The position numbers and the translations under genes are program-made. This document shows, one piece after another, positions 1 through 9,506 of a stretch of 64,000 nucleotides of DNA (its first letter is position 1; each line of letters starts with the position of its first letter). This DNA comes from Carnobacterium sp. GTDB taxonomy: Bacteria; Bacillota; Bacilli; Lactobacillales; Carnobacteriaceae. The notes under the pieces were generated by a model that had not been told where the DNA came from, did no database searches, and was given only the letters and a program-made list of their open reading frames with translations. Location of the stretch: positions 88,994 through 152,993 of the forward strand of contig NZ_JBEMAR010000003.1 in assembly GCF_040274945.1 (NCBI RefSeq), in the 5' to 3' direction.

Positions 1-681
1 TTTTCTTGAGCGACTGAGCAGTATATACAAATGCGAAAAAATGTTTACATTATACGGATAGGGAATGGTTATTTCTAGATCTTTTTCAATGATCCTTAAT
101 TGATCCAATATAAACAAAACATCGTACTTATTGAAATTAAGTTCTTGATTACTTTTCAAATCGTCAATATCAATAATATTAAATATTTCAATACTATCTT
201 TGATGGCCTTTCTAATATTAACTTCTTCCCCTAATATAGCTAACGTTCTGTTTTTTCTTTCTAAAACCAAGTTATAATTTTTAAGTTCTTCGCTCATAAT
301 TTGTTCATCATTGAAAATAACTGAATCTCCTACATAATAGTTGCTAAATAATTGGTAGATATTTAAAGGTTTTGGCGAAGACAACAATAGTTCTTCCATG
401 ATTCGTTTACGTCTCTCGTTAGTAGAAAATTGATTTTCCTTGTATTTCTTGCTGCTTTTTTGATAGTTTATAAACTTTTCGTGATCTAGTTTATACCCTC
501 TTCCTTTTTCAGATAGAACTAAAGGACCTTCCACATATTCATCGTTGATTTTTTTGATCAAACGATAGACTGTTTTTTTAGAAACACTTAATATTTCTGT
601 TAAATCTTCTGAAGTAACGTAATCTTGATTTTTAGAAAGAAACAGTAACAACTTTTGTTCACGACTATTGGTTGAACTCAA
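1..681 (-). CDS. BglG/PRD-type transcriptional regulator (N-terminal HTH), runs off the window start
   Basis: Not in the ORF track. Read manually from TTG at 681 with RBS AAGGAGGGG: MSSTNSREQKLLLFLSKNQDYVTSEDLTEILSVSKKTVYRLIKKIN...SEKGRGYKL, typical of the MtlR/LicR/BglG N-terminal HTH. Confidence 0.75.
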   Translation of the reverse strand, partial: MSSTNSREQKLLLFLSKNQDYVTSEDLTEILSVSKKTVYRLIKKINDEYVEGPLVLSEKGRGYKLDHEKFINYQKSSKKYKENQFSTNERRKRIMEELLLSSPKPLNIYQLFSNYYVGDSVIFNDEQIMSEELKNYNLVLERKNRTLAILGEEVNIRKAIKDSIEIFNIIDIDDLKSNQELNFNKYDVLFILDQLRIIEKDLEITIPYPYNVNIFSHLYILLSRSRK

Positions 682-721
682 AGCCACCCCTCCTTGTTAT
701 ATTTATATTAACTCACATTAA

Positions 722-735
722 AGAAAACGCTTCCC
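722..735. promoter_or_regulatory. cre-like (CcpA) site upstream of the PRD regulator
   Basis: AGAAAACGCTTCCC resembles the cre consensus WGNAANCGNWWNCW and lies about 40 nt upstream of a PTS-type regulator. Confidence 0.4.
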
Positions 736-807
736 TTAAATATGACCATTGCAGTGGTCATTTATTCTTTACTACTATTCTGAGATAATTGGAATTGAAA
801 TTAATAA

Positions 808-830
808 AGACAAGGAAAGTTTCCTTGTCT
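808..830. terminator. Intrinsic terminator hairpin
   Basis: AGACAAGGAAA-G-TTTCCTTGTCT inverted repeat downstream of the DUF3021 gene. Confidence 0.55.
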
Positions 831-915
831 ACATTTCTTACTTATTTAATTATTTAATCTGAAAAGCAATTATCTACAAATCGCTAACGAACTGTTTAAT
901 GGATAGGAGCAGTTT

Positions 916-1296
916 TTAACTTTGTTTGCTAATCCCTCTACGTATCTTAGAAATGATAAAAGTTGCGACAAAAAGCATAATCCCTACTTTGTTAAAAAGT
1001 AAAAATACATTTAGCAAATTTCCAAAAGAAGTCAACGGGTAATAACCACTCAACAAAAGAATGGGGAAAACGGTAAGCAACATTGTTATGTAGTGAATCA
1101 TAATTTGTTTAGGAAAGTTCCAACGGTTAATTTCGTATATCACACTCGCTATTCCCAAAAATAAAATGATCAATCCGTTAAAAAAGAATGTTCTAGCATC
1201 CATTGTTGATCCTTGAAAGTAATTCCATAAAGACATCATGAACATAATACTAAATGGAATAGTTCCTCTAATTAACCCTTTAAATAAAAGCTTCAT
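916..1296 (-). CDS. DUF3021-family membrane protein
   Basis: 126 aa, four hydrophobic segments, motif YEINRWNFPKQIMIHY typical of DUF3021. Confidence 0.7.
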   Translation of the reverse strand: MKLLFKGLIRGTIPFSIMFMMSLWNYFQGSTMDARTFFFNGLIILFLGIASVIYEINRWNFPKQIMIHYITMLLTVFPILLLSGYYPLTSFGNLLNVFLLFNKVGIMLFVATFIISKIRRGISKQS

Positions 1297-1340
1297 TTAA
1301 ATCTCCTTTCGTGCCCCTATTAATTTTCTTTTATACTTAC

Positions 1341-1631
1341 TTAATCTTGAATGCTTAGCCAATACTGACTACCATCGCTGGTCCTTTTGAAAAAATTAAA
1401 GGTAATCAAATATCTCCTCTGTTCAACGTACTCACCTGCTGGATAAACATTAAGTAATTCCGCATTAATTTCTTTCTCTGTATATATCTTTCCTTGTTCG
1501 AATCTGGTTATAAATTCAGCTAACAAAATATTTTTTTTTTTTTCTTTTGCAGGCACTTTAGTTACTTTATCATTTTTCATAAAGTTCGTGACTACATTTT
1601 CTTTTTCCTGTTCTGTGTATTGATACCTCAT
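1341..1631 (-). CDS. DUF2087-family protein
   Basis: Motifs VPAKEKKK, YTEKEIN, RRYLI..F.RTSDGSQYW. Confidence 0.75.
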   Translation of the reverse strand: MRYQYTEQEKENVVTNFMKNDKVTKVPAKEKKKNILLAEFITRFEQGKIYTEKEINAELLNVYPAGEYVEQRRYLITFNFFKRTSDGSQYWLSIQD

Positions 1632-1835
1632 AAGCCATTTCTCCTTCTTAAAATTTCCTTTTTGATTTAAAAATAAGCGAATTTCATAGTAACTGTATCA
1701 TTAAAAAATGGTGAGAGTCAATATCCTAAACAATTTTATTCAAACTTATAAAGTAACGTTCCACCTAAAATTTGCTTTTGCGAATGTCTAATTTGTGAGA
1801 TACTGATAAGCGTGACTGAAAACGGAGGGAACAAG

Positions 1836-2837
1836 ATGATTTATATAAAAGAAGCCATTTTACACATATTTGATTTGAACAGCAACGAACCTATTTTCTC
1901 TTTTGCCGGCTTAGATCTTACAGAAAAATTCACATTTGATTATCTTCATGCCATGATTGAAAAAGTAGAAGACTCAGACAATATGAAGACTGGGGTATTA
2001 ACCGAAAGTAATCCTTTAAACAAAACTTTTTCTTCTATTCAAGAAGACTTTATTGAGACGACCAAAAAGCTGACCGAAAAATTCTTTTCCATTACAAAAC
2101 TCAATCCAGAAATACCGCCAGCTGATTTATTATTTGTTTATTTTACTTTAGACGAAGTGCCGCATTTAGGGCTGTTCAAATTAAATTATTCTGACAGCAT
2201 CACTCACTATGTCTCTTATGAAGAAGACACGTTGACGAATCAGTTGATCATTAACCGTTCCATCTTACCGAGTGCACGTCAAGCGATTCAAGAAGGAATG
2301 GTGTTGAATTCGAACACCATGGAATACCATGTGATTGAGAAAAAGCACCTAATTGATGAATTAGCAGAGAAAATTTATTATTTTACAGAACTATTTTTAG
2401 AAGATAAACCTCAACCCAGTCTTAAAGAGAACATTTCAATCATTAAAAAAGCCGTTCAAAAAACAAGCGAAGCGTTTGATGATGAAGAATTCCAAGTATT
2501 GGCTGATACGAAAGATGCACTTGTCCATAGTATGACAGAAGAAAACGTCATTGATAACCAAGTGATCGCTGAGACTCTATACGGGGACAATCATGCGAAA
2601 AAAGAAAAGTTTTTTGAAGAAATCAAAGAATTAGGTTACGTAGATCGTGCTCCTGCTGAAGTAGCCGTTGCTGGACCAAAATATTCCAAACAAAAATTCC
2701 GTTTAGATAACGGAATCGAGATCAGCATTCCTATTGAACTTTACAGAGACCCAGATGTTGTCGAGTTTATCAATAATCCAGATGGAACGACTTCTGTTAT
2801 GATTAAAAACATTGAAAAAATTAAAAACTTATTTTAA
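1836..2837 (+). CDS. Nucleoid-associated protein (YejK/NA37-like)
   Basis: Starts MIYIKEAILHIFD. Start moved to ATG 1836 because GGAGG lies upstream. Acidic protein of about 333 aa ending NPDGTTSVMIKNI. Confidence 0.7.
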   Translation: MIYIKEAILHIFDLNSNEPIFSFAGLDLTEKFTFDYLHAMIEKVEDSDNMKTGVLTESNPLNKTFSSIQEDFIETTKKLTEKFFSITKLNPEIPPADLLFVYFTLDEVPHLGLFKLNYSDSITHYVSYEEDTLTNQLIINRSILPSARQAIQEGMVLNSNTMEYHVIEKKHLIDELAEKIYYFTELFLEDKPQPSLKENISIIKKAVQKTSEAFDDEEFQVLADTKDALVHSMTEENVIDNQVIAETLYGDNHAKKEKFFEEIKELGYVDRAPAEVAVAGPKYSKQKFRLDNGIEISIPIELYRDPDVVEFINNPDGTTSVMIKNIEKIKNLF

Positions 2838-2888
2838 AAAATCTTCCTTTGTATGAGCCTGTCAATGCTCAGTACAAAGGAAGATTTT
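2838..2888. terminator. Bidirectional terminator
   Basis: AAAATCTTCCTTTGTA ... TACAAAGGAAGATTTT arms between convergent genes. Confidence 0.75.
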
Positions 2889-2914
2889 CGCTTATGTCAA
2901 CGATTATTTAACCA

Positions 2915-3613
2915 CTATTGAATAGTACGAACTTTCGTATTCCCATTATCCATACAAATGGAAGCATCAGTTGTGTCAGTAGGATCTACTTCTTCTAAAT
3001 TCTCATACAACTGTGGATAATCATGACACTTCATATTTCTAGGTGTACATATTTCTTTTCCGAATGAGATCATGGATTGATGTGCTCTTCCCCAATATTT
3101 TGCCGGGATAATTTCTGTCACGCGTTCTTCAATTTGTTTAGGCGTGGCATTTTTTTCTACTATTTTGTGATGTTTGCAGATTCGTGCGACATGTGTGTCC
3201 ACTGCAAAAGCATCTTGGTTAAAGGCAACATTCAATAGTATATTAGCTGATTTAGGTCCAATTCCAGTTAATGATTGCAATTCTTTGCGTGTATTTGGTA
3301 CTTTCCCATCAAATTTTTCAAGTAATTGACAGCTGCTTTTATAAATATACTTTGCTTTATTCCGGTAGAGTCCGACTGTTTTTATGTATAATTCAATTTC
3401 TTCAGGTGAAGATTCGATAACAGCTTGAGGATTTGGATAGCGTTCGAATAACTTGTCTTTCACCTTAGCGACTGATACGTCTGTTGCCTGAGCACTTAAT
3501 ATAACGACCATCAACAATTGAAATGGATTTTGATATCGCATCGTTGGGACAGCATTGGGATAAAGCTTCATAATTTCATAGATAACGTGTTGCGCGGCTT
3601 CTTTTGTCAGCAT
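2915..3613 (-). CDS. nth: Endonuclease III (HhH-GPD glycosylase)
   Basis: LSAQATD, GLYRNKAK, HhH motif LTGIGPKSA with catalytic Lys, and AVDTHV with catalytic Asp. Confidence 0.9.
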   Translation of the reverse strand: MLTKEAAQHVIYEIMKLYPNAVPTMRYQNPFQLLMVVILSAQATDVSVAKVKDKLFERYPNPQAVIESSPEEIELYIKTVGLYRNKAKYIYKSSCQLLEKFDGKVPNTRKELQSLTGIGPKSANILLNVAFNQDAFAVDTHVARICKHHKIVEKNATPKQIEERVTEIIPAKYWGRAHQSMISFGKEICTPRNMKCHDYPQLYENLEEVDPTDTTDASICMDNGNTKVRTIQ

Positions 3614-3856
3614 AAGCTTTCCTTTCTTTTATTTAGTTTTTTTTAATATAACATACTTTCAATAACACTAAAATCAAGTTTATCAGTATCTTATTTTCTA
3701 TAAAGCCAGAATCTAAGTATAGCTTTACTTAGAATCATGTCATTCTGACCTTTTAATGTTTAAAATAAAGTTTCAACAGTTCTTTAGCACTGATGGTTGA
3801 GGTATAATAAATTAAAGAATTGTTCCTCAAAAACATACCTACGGAGGGTCTTTAAT

Positions 3857-4696
3857 ATGAGACAAAATGACGAAGAAACGCTCAATGATTTATATAATTT
3901 GATCCTCAATCCTGCTACTCGGGACTGGGAACGGTCATCATTATTGTCGACCAAAAACGCCTTAGAAGAAGGTGGAAGTATTGGCGACCAATTTTCAAAG
4001 CTTGAAGCTAAATTACGTCCACTCGCATTAAGAAACAACTTAACGCCTGATGTGACGGATTTTTATAACAGTATAACTGGAAATGCTAGCTCCAACGCTC
4101 AATTTGATTTTGCGAAACATTCCATTGATGATCTGACTTACCAAGATTCTGCGGTATTTGCAGGCGGCTGTTTCTGGTGTATGGTAGAACCTTTTGAAAC
4201 CCGAAATGGAATCATTTCAGTCTTATCGGGTTACACCGGAGGGCATATGAACCATCCCACTTACGACCAAGTGAGTGGCCAGTATACAGGGCATGTCGAA
4301 GCGGTTGAGATTATTTTTGATACACGGATCATACAGTATAAAGACTTGGTGGAGCTTTATTGGCAGCTGACTGATCCCACTGATGCGTTTGGACAATTTC
4401 AAGACCGAGGCAGTCAGTACCGCCCGATTATTTTTGTTCGAAATGAAGAACAACGGAAAATTACTGAAAAGTCAAAACAGCGATTAATAGAATCCGGCAA
4501 ATACAAGCGTCCAATCGTTACATTAATTGAGCCAACATCTGTATTTTGGCCGGCAGAAAACTTCCACCAGCAATTTTATAAGAAAAATCGAAAAAGATAC
4601 AAAAGGATTGAGCGGTCCCGTCAACAATTTTTAGCATTCCAACATTTGCAAGGTAAAATCCGGACAGAGCTTAATCATTTTACACGAAAACATTAA
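3857..4696 (+). CDS. msrA: Peptide methionine sulfoxide reductase MsrA with an N-terminal extra helical domain
   Basis: [29 protein letters not shown]. Start moved to ATG 3857 (GGAGG at 3843-3847). About 95 extra N-terminal residues. Confidence 0.9.
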   Translation: MRQNDEETLNDLYNLILNPATRDWERSSLLSTKNALEEGGSIGDQFSKLEAKLRPLALRNNLTPDVTDFYNSITGNASSNAQFDFAKHSIDDLTYQDSAVFAGGCFWCMVEPFETRNGIISVLSGYTGGHMNHPTYDQVSGQYTGHVEAVEIIFDTRIIQYKDLVELYWQLTDPTDAFGQFQDRGSQYRPIIFVRNEEQRKITEKSKQRLIESGKYKRPIVTLIEPTSVFWPAENFHQQFYKKNRKRYKRIERSRQQFLAFQHLQGKIRTELNHFTRKH

Positions 4697-4802
4697 TGGA
4701 CTGTGCCATGATAGCTACTCTTCTCTACCATATTGAATAGCTATTTTTACTTTTTCAATGAAGAATGACTAAAACGTCATTTATCTTTTCACTGAATTGA
4801 TT

Positions 4803-4820
4803 TTGTTTAAAAATTCACAA
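4803..4820. promoter_or_regulatory. Rex-like operator upstream of the lipid operon
   Basis: TTGTTTA-AAAA-TTCACAA versus the Rex consensus TTGTGAA-N4-TTCACAA (2 mismatches). Confidence 0.4.
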
Positions 4821-4878
4821 AAATAGTTTACCATAAAGAGAAACCTTTATATTTTTATAAGAGAAAGAGGAAAAAACT

Positions 4879-5472
4879 GTGTTGGAAACAATTTTAAGTT
4901 TATACGTTACATTAATGTCAGTGATTTTTGCAGGTGTTGCCAATATGGTATTTTGTAAATACCCTACTTATCAATGTTTAAATATCCCAATGGATGCCGG
5001 TAGGATATTAGCAGACGGCAAGCGATTGTTTGGTCAAAACAAAACTTGGAAAGGCTTTATTGGCATGATTCTTTTTGGCGGACTCTCTCAAATGATCTGG
5101 GGACTCATTCTAAAAACTAGCCCTTCTCTTGAATCGCTGAATCTCTTCTATGACGTCTATGCAAATTCTATCCTAAACAATCTTTGGATTGGTTTTTTAT
5201 TAGGGTTAGCTTATGTCGTTTTTGAATTGCCCAATAGTTTTATGAAACGACGGCTAGAAATAAAACCTGGTAAACCAGCAAACAATCAATGGAAATGGTT
5301 CTTTATTTTTATTGATCAAGCAGATTCATTGCTAGGTTGTGCTCTAGTTGTAGCCGTTTTGGTTCCAATAAGTTTGGCTCAATTTTTCGAGTTTATCCTT
5401 TTGGGAGCTGGTACTCATGTCGTAGTCAATCAATTATTGTATTGGTTTAAATTAAGAAAAAATCCATTCTAA
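4879..5472 (+). CDS. CDP-archaeol synthase (CarS/DUF46)-like membrane cytidylyltransferase
   Basis: PMDAGRILADGKRLFGQNKTWKG, PNSFMKRRLEIKPG and IDQADS match CarS-like motifs; multiple TM segments. Confidence 0.75.
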   Translation: MLETILSLYVTLMSVIFAGVANMVFCKYPTYQCLNIPMDAGRILADGKRLFGQNKTWKGFIGMILFGGLSQMIWGLILKTSPSLESLNLFYDVYANSILNNLWIGFLLGLAYVVFELPNSFMKRRLEIKPGKPANNQWKWFFIFIDQADSLLGCALVVAVLVPISLAQFFEFILLGAGTHVVVNQLLYWFKLRKNPF

Positions 5473-5504
5473 TTATTTTAGATGTACAAAGAGGTGTATA
5501 GAAA

Positions 5505-8027
5505 ATTTATTGGACTTTAATAGAAACTGCAGAAACAAATCTGCGGTATGGCGGTAAAATAAACGCGTTGATCAATTTGTCTCAGTTAGGCCTTCAGGTA
5601 CCTAAAGGCTATTTCATTTCAGAAGATAAACTCACTTCACTATGGACTGAAGCAATCCCAGAACTAGTAGGATTAGAAACAACCGTTCATCCTAATCTGC
5701 CAACTTATGAAACGATTGTTCAACGCTTGGATCAGCTGAGTTTCCCAGCGGAATTAAATGCAGAAATAAGTGATCTGATATCTCTTAATAAAACCTATAT
5801 TGTGCGAAGCAGTGGCTTGATGGAAGACCAAGCATCTACTTCTTTTGCTGGACAATACGACACAATTGCAAACTGCACGACGACTGACGACATTATTGCT
5901 GCATTAAAACAATGTATCGCGTCTCTTTTTAAGCCAGCTGCCATAACTTATTGGCAGACGCATCAGTTGGACGTTCAAAATCTAAGAATGTCTGTCATTA
6001 TTCAAGAACAAGTTTCAGCAGTGTCCAGTGGTATTTCGTTTACTCTCAATCCTTTGACAAATAATGATCGTCAATTAACCCTTGAAGTAGTGAAGGGCGC
6101 AGGTGAACAGCTTGTTAGTGGATTGGTTACTCCTGAACAATTAACGATTGATTGGTTTTCAACAATCGGACCAACAAATTGCTCAAAAATTTTATCTTCA
6201 GGTCAGTTAAAGCAGCTTCAAGAACAGTTGCTTTTGATTGCGACCTTTTATGGCTATCCTGTCGATGTGGAATTTTGTTTCAGCAAAGATTCCTTATTCT
6301 TCTTACAAGCTCGCCCGATCACAACGATTCGCCGAAAAATCAATGAAGGCAATTGGACAACAACGAATTTTCGTGATGGCGGTGTCGCTGCGCAGCCTTG
6401 TCCAGGATTGATGTGGAGTTTATACCGCGAATCATGGCAGACTACGTTAGAAAAATTCTTGATTCAAAACAAGTTATACGATTCAACAAACATCAACCAG
6501 CTATCTATCAATCATTTTGCAAGACCTTATTGGAATATTGGGGTTGTAAAAGAAGCCATGTCACGGATACCTGGCTATATTGAACGCGAATTTGATGACG
6601 AGCTTGGCGTGTATAAAAATTATCAAGGAGATGGCTATAAAAGCAAGCTGACAGTTAAGACGCTCAGCCATTTACTAACTGTGGCGACTCGTATCACTAA
6701 AACGACTCAGCAACAGCGTCAAACAGCAGCACAGCAACACAAACAACTATTAGAAACGTATCAATCAATCGATAAAAAAATCCAATCGCTATCTTCCGCG
6801 ACAGATCAGCATAAAATTGAAGCGTTATGGGAAACTATCATTAACGATGCTTATTTGCAAAGTGAACAGACTTATTTCTGGCAAGTCTATGTCAATACGG
6901 TGCAGCTTTCAATGAAAAAAACCGCCTTATTGAAAAAATTGCCTTTAGATACTTTTTTTCAGCTTATCTCAAAATTAGGTGCAGTCTCACATATCCAACC
7001 GCTACGTGATCTGTATGAGATCGTTGATATTATCTTGGCAAACGATAAATTCAAGCAGGAATGGATGACAAACAGTCCAGTAGACATCAATACGCTGCTA
7101 ACCAAACAACCCCATCGTCTAGATGCGCAGCGGATTAAAGCTTTTCAAGCAATATTTGGCTATCATTCAAATCGTGAATTGAATTTATTGGTGCCAAGTT
7201 ATAGCGAAGACCAGCAGCTAGTTGTTGATCTGTTGAAAGACTATGTGGATCATCCAGAGAAACTCAAGGCAGCTCAACACTCCTTCTCACAAATACAGAC
7301 AGAAGAACAAATGGGAAAACTAATTGAACCCTATGTCTCTAAATGGCAACGTACTAAAGTAATGAAGGATATCAAGATGCTGCGTGACTTATTATGGTGG
7401 CGTGAAGAATTTAAAGATGTATCAACTCGTTTTTATCATTTGATTCGTCAAATCACTTTGAAATTAGGCGAAAGGTATTCCCAACTAGGGTATATTGATC
7501 AAACAGAAGACCTCTTCTATCTTGAAAAAGAAACGATACACTCTTTTATTACTAACCAACTTTCTCAAGAAAGTCTTCAAAAATCCGTACAAGACAATCG
7601 TATGTATTGTCAGGCTTATCGCCACTTTGTTCCTCCAGGAGATTTAATGGAGACAAGTATTTCCCCAGAGATGGAAAATCTTTTGGTAGATACTCCATCC
7701 AGTTTATCTGGAATCGGTGCTAACGATGGAATTGTTTCTGGAAAAGTAAGAATCCTGCTAGACCCTAAAGACATCCATCAGTTGCAAGCTGGCGAAATCT
7801 TGGTGACTCGTTTTACAGATACAGGTTGGAGTCACGCTTTTGGTTCCATTGAGGGTCTGATTACAGAAACTGGCGGTGTTTTATGCCATGCCTCAATTGT
7901 TGCCAGAGAATTCGGGATTCCAACGATCGTCTGTGCAACACACGCTACTGAAAACTTAAAAACAGGTATGACCGTTACAATGAATGGAACCACGGGTGAC
8001 ATTACAATTCAAAAAGGTGGATGCTAA
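5505..8027 (+). CDS. PEP-synthase/rifampin-phosphotransferase-like dikinase A (ATP-grasp, central domain, C-terminal phospho-His domain)
   Basis: YGGK..L..L...G..VP, VRSSGLMED..STSFAGQY, DVEF, LQARPIT, and C-terminal TDTGW and GGVLCHASIVAREFGIP. The reading frame is open from 5502. The ORF track starts at TTG 5568; the probable start is ATT 5505. Confidence 0.85.
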   Translation: MYWTLIETAETNLRYGGKINALINLSQLGLQVPKGYFISEDKLTSLWTEAIPELVGLETTVHPNLPTYETIVQRLDQLSFPAELNAEISDLISLNKTYIVRSSGLMEDQASTSFAGQYDTIANCTTTDDIIAALKQCIASLFKPAAITYWQTHQLDVQNLRMSVIIQEQVSAVSSGISFTLNPLTNNDRQLTLEVVKGAGEQLVSGLVTPEQLTIDWFSTIGPTNCSKILSSGQLKQLQEQLLLIATFYGYPVDVEFCFSKDSLFFLQARPITTIRRKINEGNWTTTNFRDGGVAAQPCPGLMWSLYRESWQTTLEKFLIQNKLYDSTNINQLSINHFARPYWNIGVVKEAMSRIPGYIEREFDDELGVYKNYQGDGYKSKLTVKTLSHLLTVATRITKTTQQQRQTAAQQHKQLLETYQSIDKKIQSLSSATDQHKIEALWETIINDAYLQSEQTYFWQVYVNTVQLSMKKTALLKKLPLDTFFQLISKLGAVSHIQPLRDLYEIVDIILANDKFKQEWMTNSPVDINTLLTKQPHRLDAQRIKAFQAIFGYHSNRELNLLVPSYSEDQQLVVDLLKDYVDHPEKLKAAQHSFSQIQTEEQMGKLIEPYVSKWQRTKVMKDIKMLRDLLWWREEFKDVSTRFYHLIRQITLKLGERYSQLGYIDQTEDLFYLEKETIHSFITNQLSQESLQKSVQDNRMYCQAYRHFVPPGDLMETSISPEMENLLVDTPSSLSGIGANDGIVSGKVRILLDPKDIHQLQAGEILVTRFTDTGWSHAFGSIEGLITETGGVLCHASIVAREFGIPTIVCATHATENLKTGMTVTMNGTTGDITIQKGGC

Positions 8028-8638
8028 AAATGTTTATTGGAGAATATGGAAAATTTATCTATTTAACTTACTTTGGGACAGCCCTGTCGTTAGTAGCGAT
8101 GCATTTTATCATTCAAGGTGAAATGATCTGGGCGATGAGCTGCTTTATTGTGAGCGGACTTTGTGATTTATTTGATGGCATGGTTGCGCGTTCTTTTGAA
8201 AGAACAAAAGCGCAAGAACAATTTGGTGTGGAGATCGATACCCTTTGCGATATGATCAGTTTTGCGGCATTGCCCGCAGTTTTATTGATCGCACAAGGCC
8301 GGTTTCCTTTAATGAACATTTTTTTAGCTATTATTTATGTCATCACTGCGGTTACAAGACTGGCTTATTTCAATCGTGAAACGAAAGAAAATTTAGCAGA
8401 AAGAGCTACTTATTTCCGGGGAGTTCCGGTTACCTATGGTGCACTTGTTTTTCCGGTCGGTTACTTGGTAAGTGAAGGATTTTCAAGTGGCAGTTTTCAA
8501 TCTGTTCTTCTACTGCTTGCTCCTATAATGGCTTTTCTATTCATCTGGGACATTAAGATTCCTAAACCCAATCGTGTAATGTACCTCTTTTTCCTAGGAC
8601 TAGCGCTTGTAACGTTGTTCGGATTATGGAGATTGTAG
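8021..8638 (+). CDS. CDP-alcohol phosphatidyltransferase (PssA-like)
   Basis: Signature CDLFDGMVAR...FGVEIDTLCD and RLAYFN...FRGVP. Confidence 0.85.
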   Translation: MLKMFIGEYGKFIYLTYFGTALSLVAMHFIIQGEMIWAMSCFIVSGLCDLFDGMVARSFERTKAQEQFGVEIDTLCDMISFAALPAVLLIAQGRFPLMNIFLAIIYVITAVTRLAYFNRETKENLAERATYFRGVPVTYGALVFPVGYLVSEGFSSGSFQSVLLLLAPIMAFLFIWDIKIPKPNRVMYLFFLGLALVTLFGLWRL

Positions 8639-8639
8639 T

Positions 8640-9506
8640 ATGCCAAAAGTCTATCAACGTGAAACGAAATCGATTACTGAACCTAAGGAATATCAAGCAG
8701 CATGGTTAAAACGATTGTATTTAACAAAGTGGGGAAACATTTTGCTTTTCGTAGTCACTTCCCCATTCTTTTCCATCGTATGGACGGCTATTGACCATAC
8801 CCGATTTTCTAAAAATAAAGTTGCTCGGTTCACCAAAGAGTACGGTATCAACATAAACGATTACGAATCTGCAAACTATAGATCTTTTGCAGCATTCTTT
8901 ATCCGCAAATTAAAAGCGGCAAACATTCAAGTAAGTCCGTCTTATCGCGTTTGCGCTGTTGCGCAAGCGAAACTATTAGTCGTCCCCATTCAGAGTGATC
9001 AGACCTTTGCCATCAAAGGGCAGAATTATCGTTTAGAAGACATTCTTCAAGACCGTTCTTCAGCTGATTATTACGAAGGCGGAACCTTATTTATTTATCG
9101 CTTAGCGGTCGATGATTATCATCGTTATTTATCAAGTGAAACAGGCACGGTTATTCATCGACGTAAAATCCGCGGAAAACTGCATACGGTCAGAGAAATC
9201 GCGCAACAACACTTTCAATTATTCAAAGAAAATAAAAGAGAGTATTGTCTAATCGAAACAAAGAAATTGGGAACGATCATGCAGATGGAAGTCGGAGCAC
9301 TTTTGGTTGGCAAGATTTATAATCAACCATTCAATAATTATCAGCGAGGGAAAGAAAAAGGTTGGTTTAGCCTGGGAGGTTCAACCATACTAGTAGCTTA
9401 TCCAAAAGACAAGATAAATGTTGATCCAGATATTCACCATTATTCTAGTCTAAATATAGAAACACAAGTCAACATAGGGGAAGGAATTGGTCTGAAAACA
9501 TGTTAA
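8640..9506 (+). CDS. psd: Phosphatidylserine decarboxylase proenzyme family
   Basis: FFIRKLK, RLAVDDYHRY, EVGALLVGKI, RGKEKGWFSLGGST (self-cleavage GST). Confidence 0.85.
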   Translation: MPKVYQRETKSITEPKEYQAAWLKRLYLTKWGNILLFVVTSPFFSIVWTAIDHTRFSKNKVARFTKEYGININDYESANYRSFAAFFIRKLKAANIQVSPSYRVCAVAQAKLLVVPIQSDQTFAIKGQNYRLEDILQDRSSADYYEGGTLFIYRLAVDDYHRYLSSETGTVIHRRKIRGKLHTVREIAQQHFQLFKENKREYCLIETKKLGTIMQMEVGALLVGKIYNQPFNNYQRGKEKGWFSLGGSTILVAYPKDKINVDPDIHHYSSLNIETQVNIGEGIGLKTC

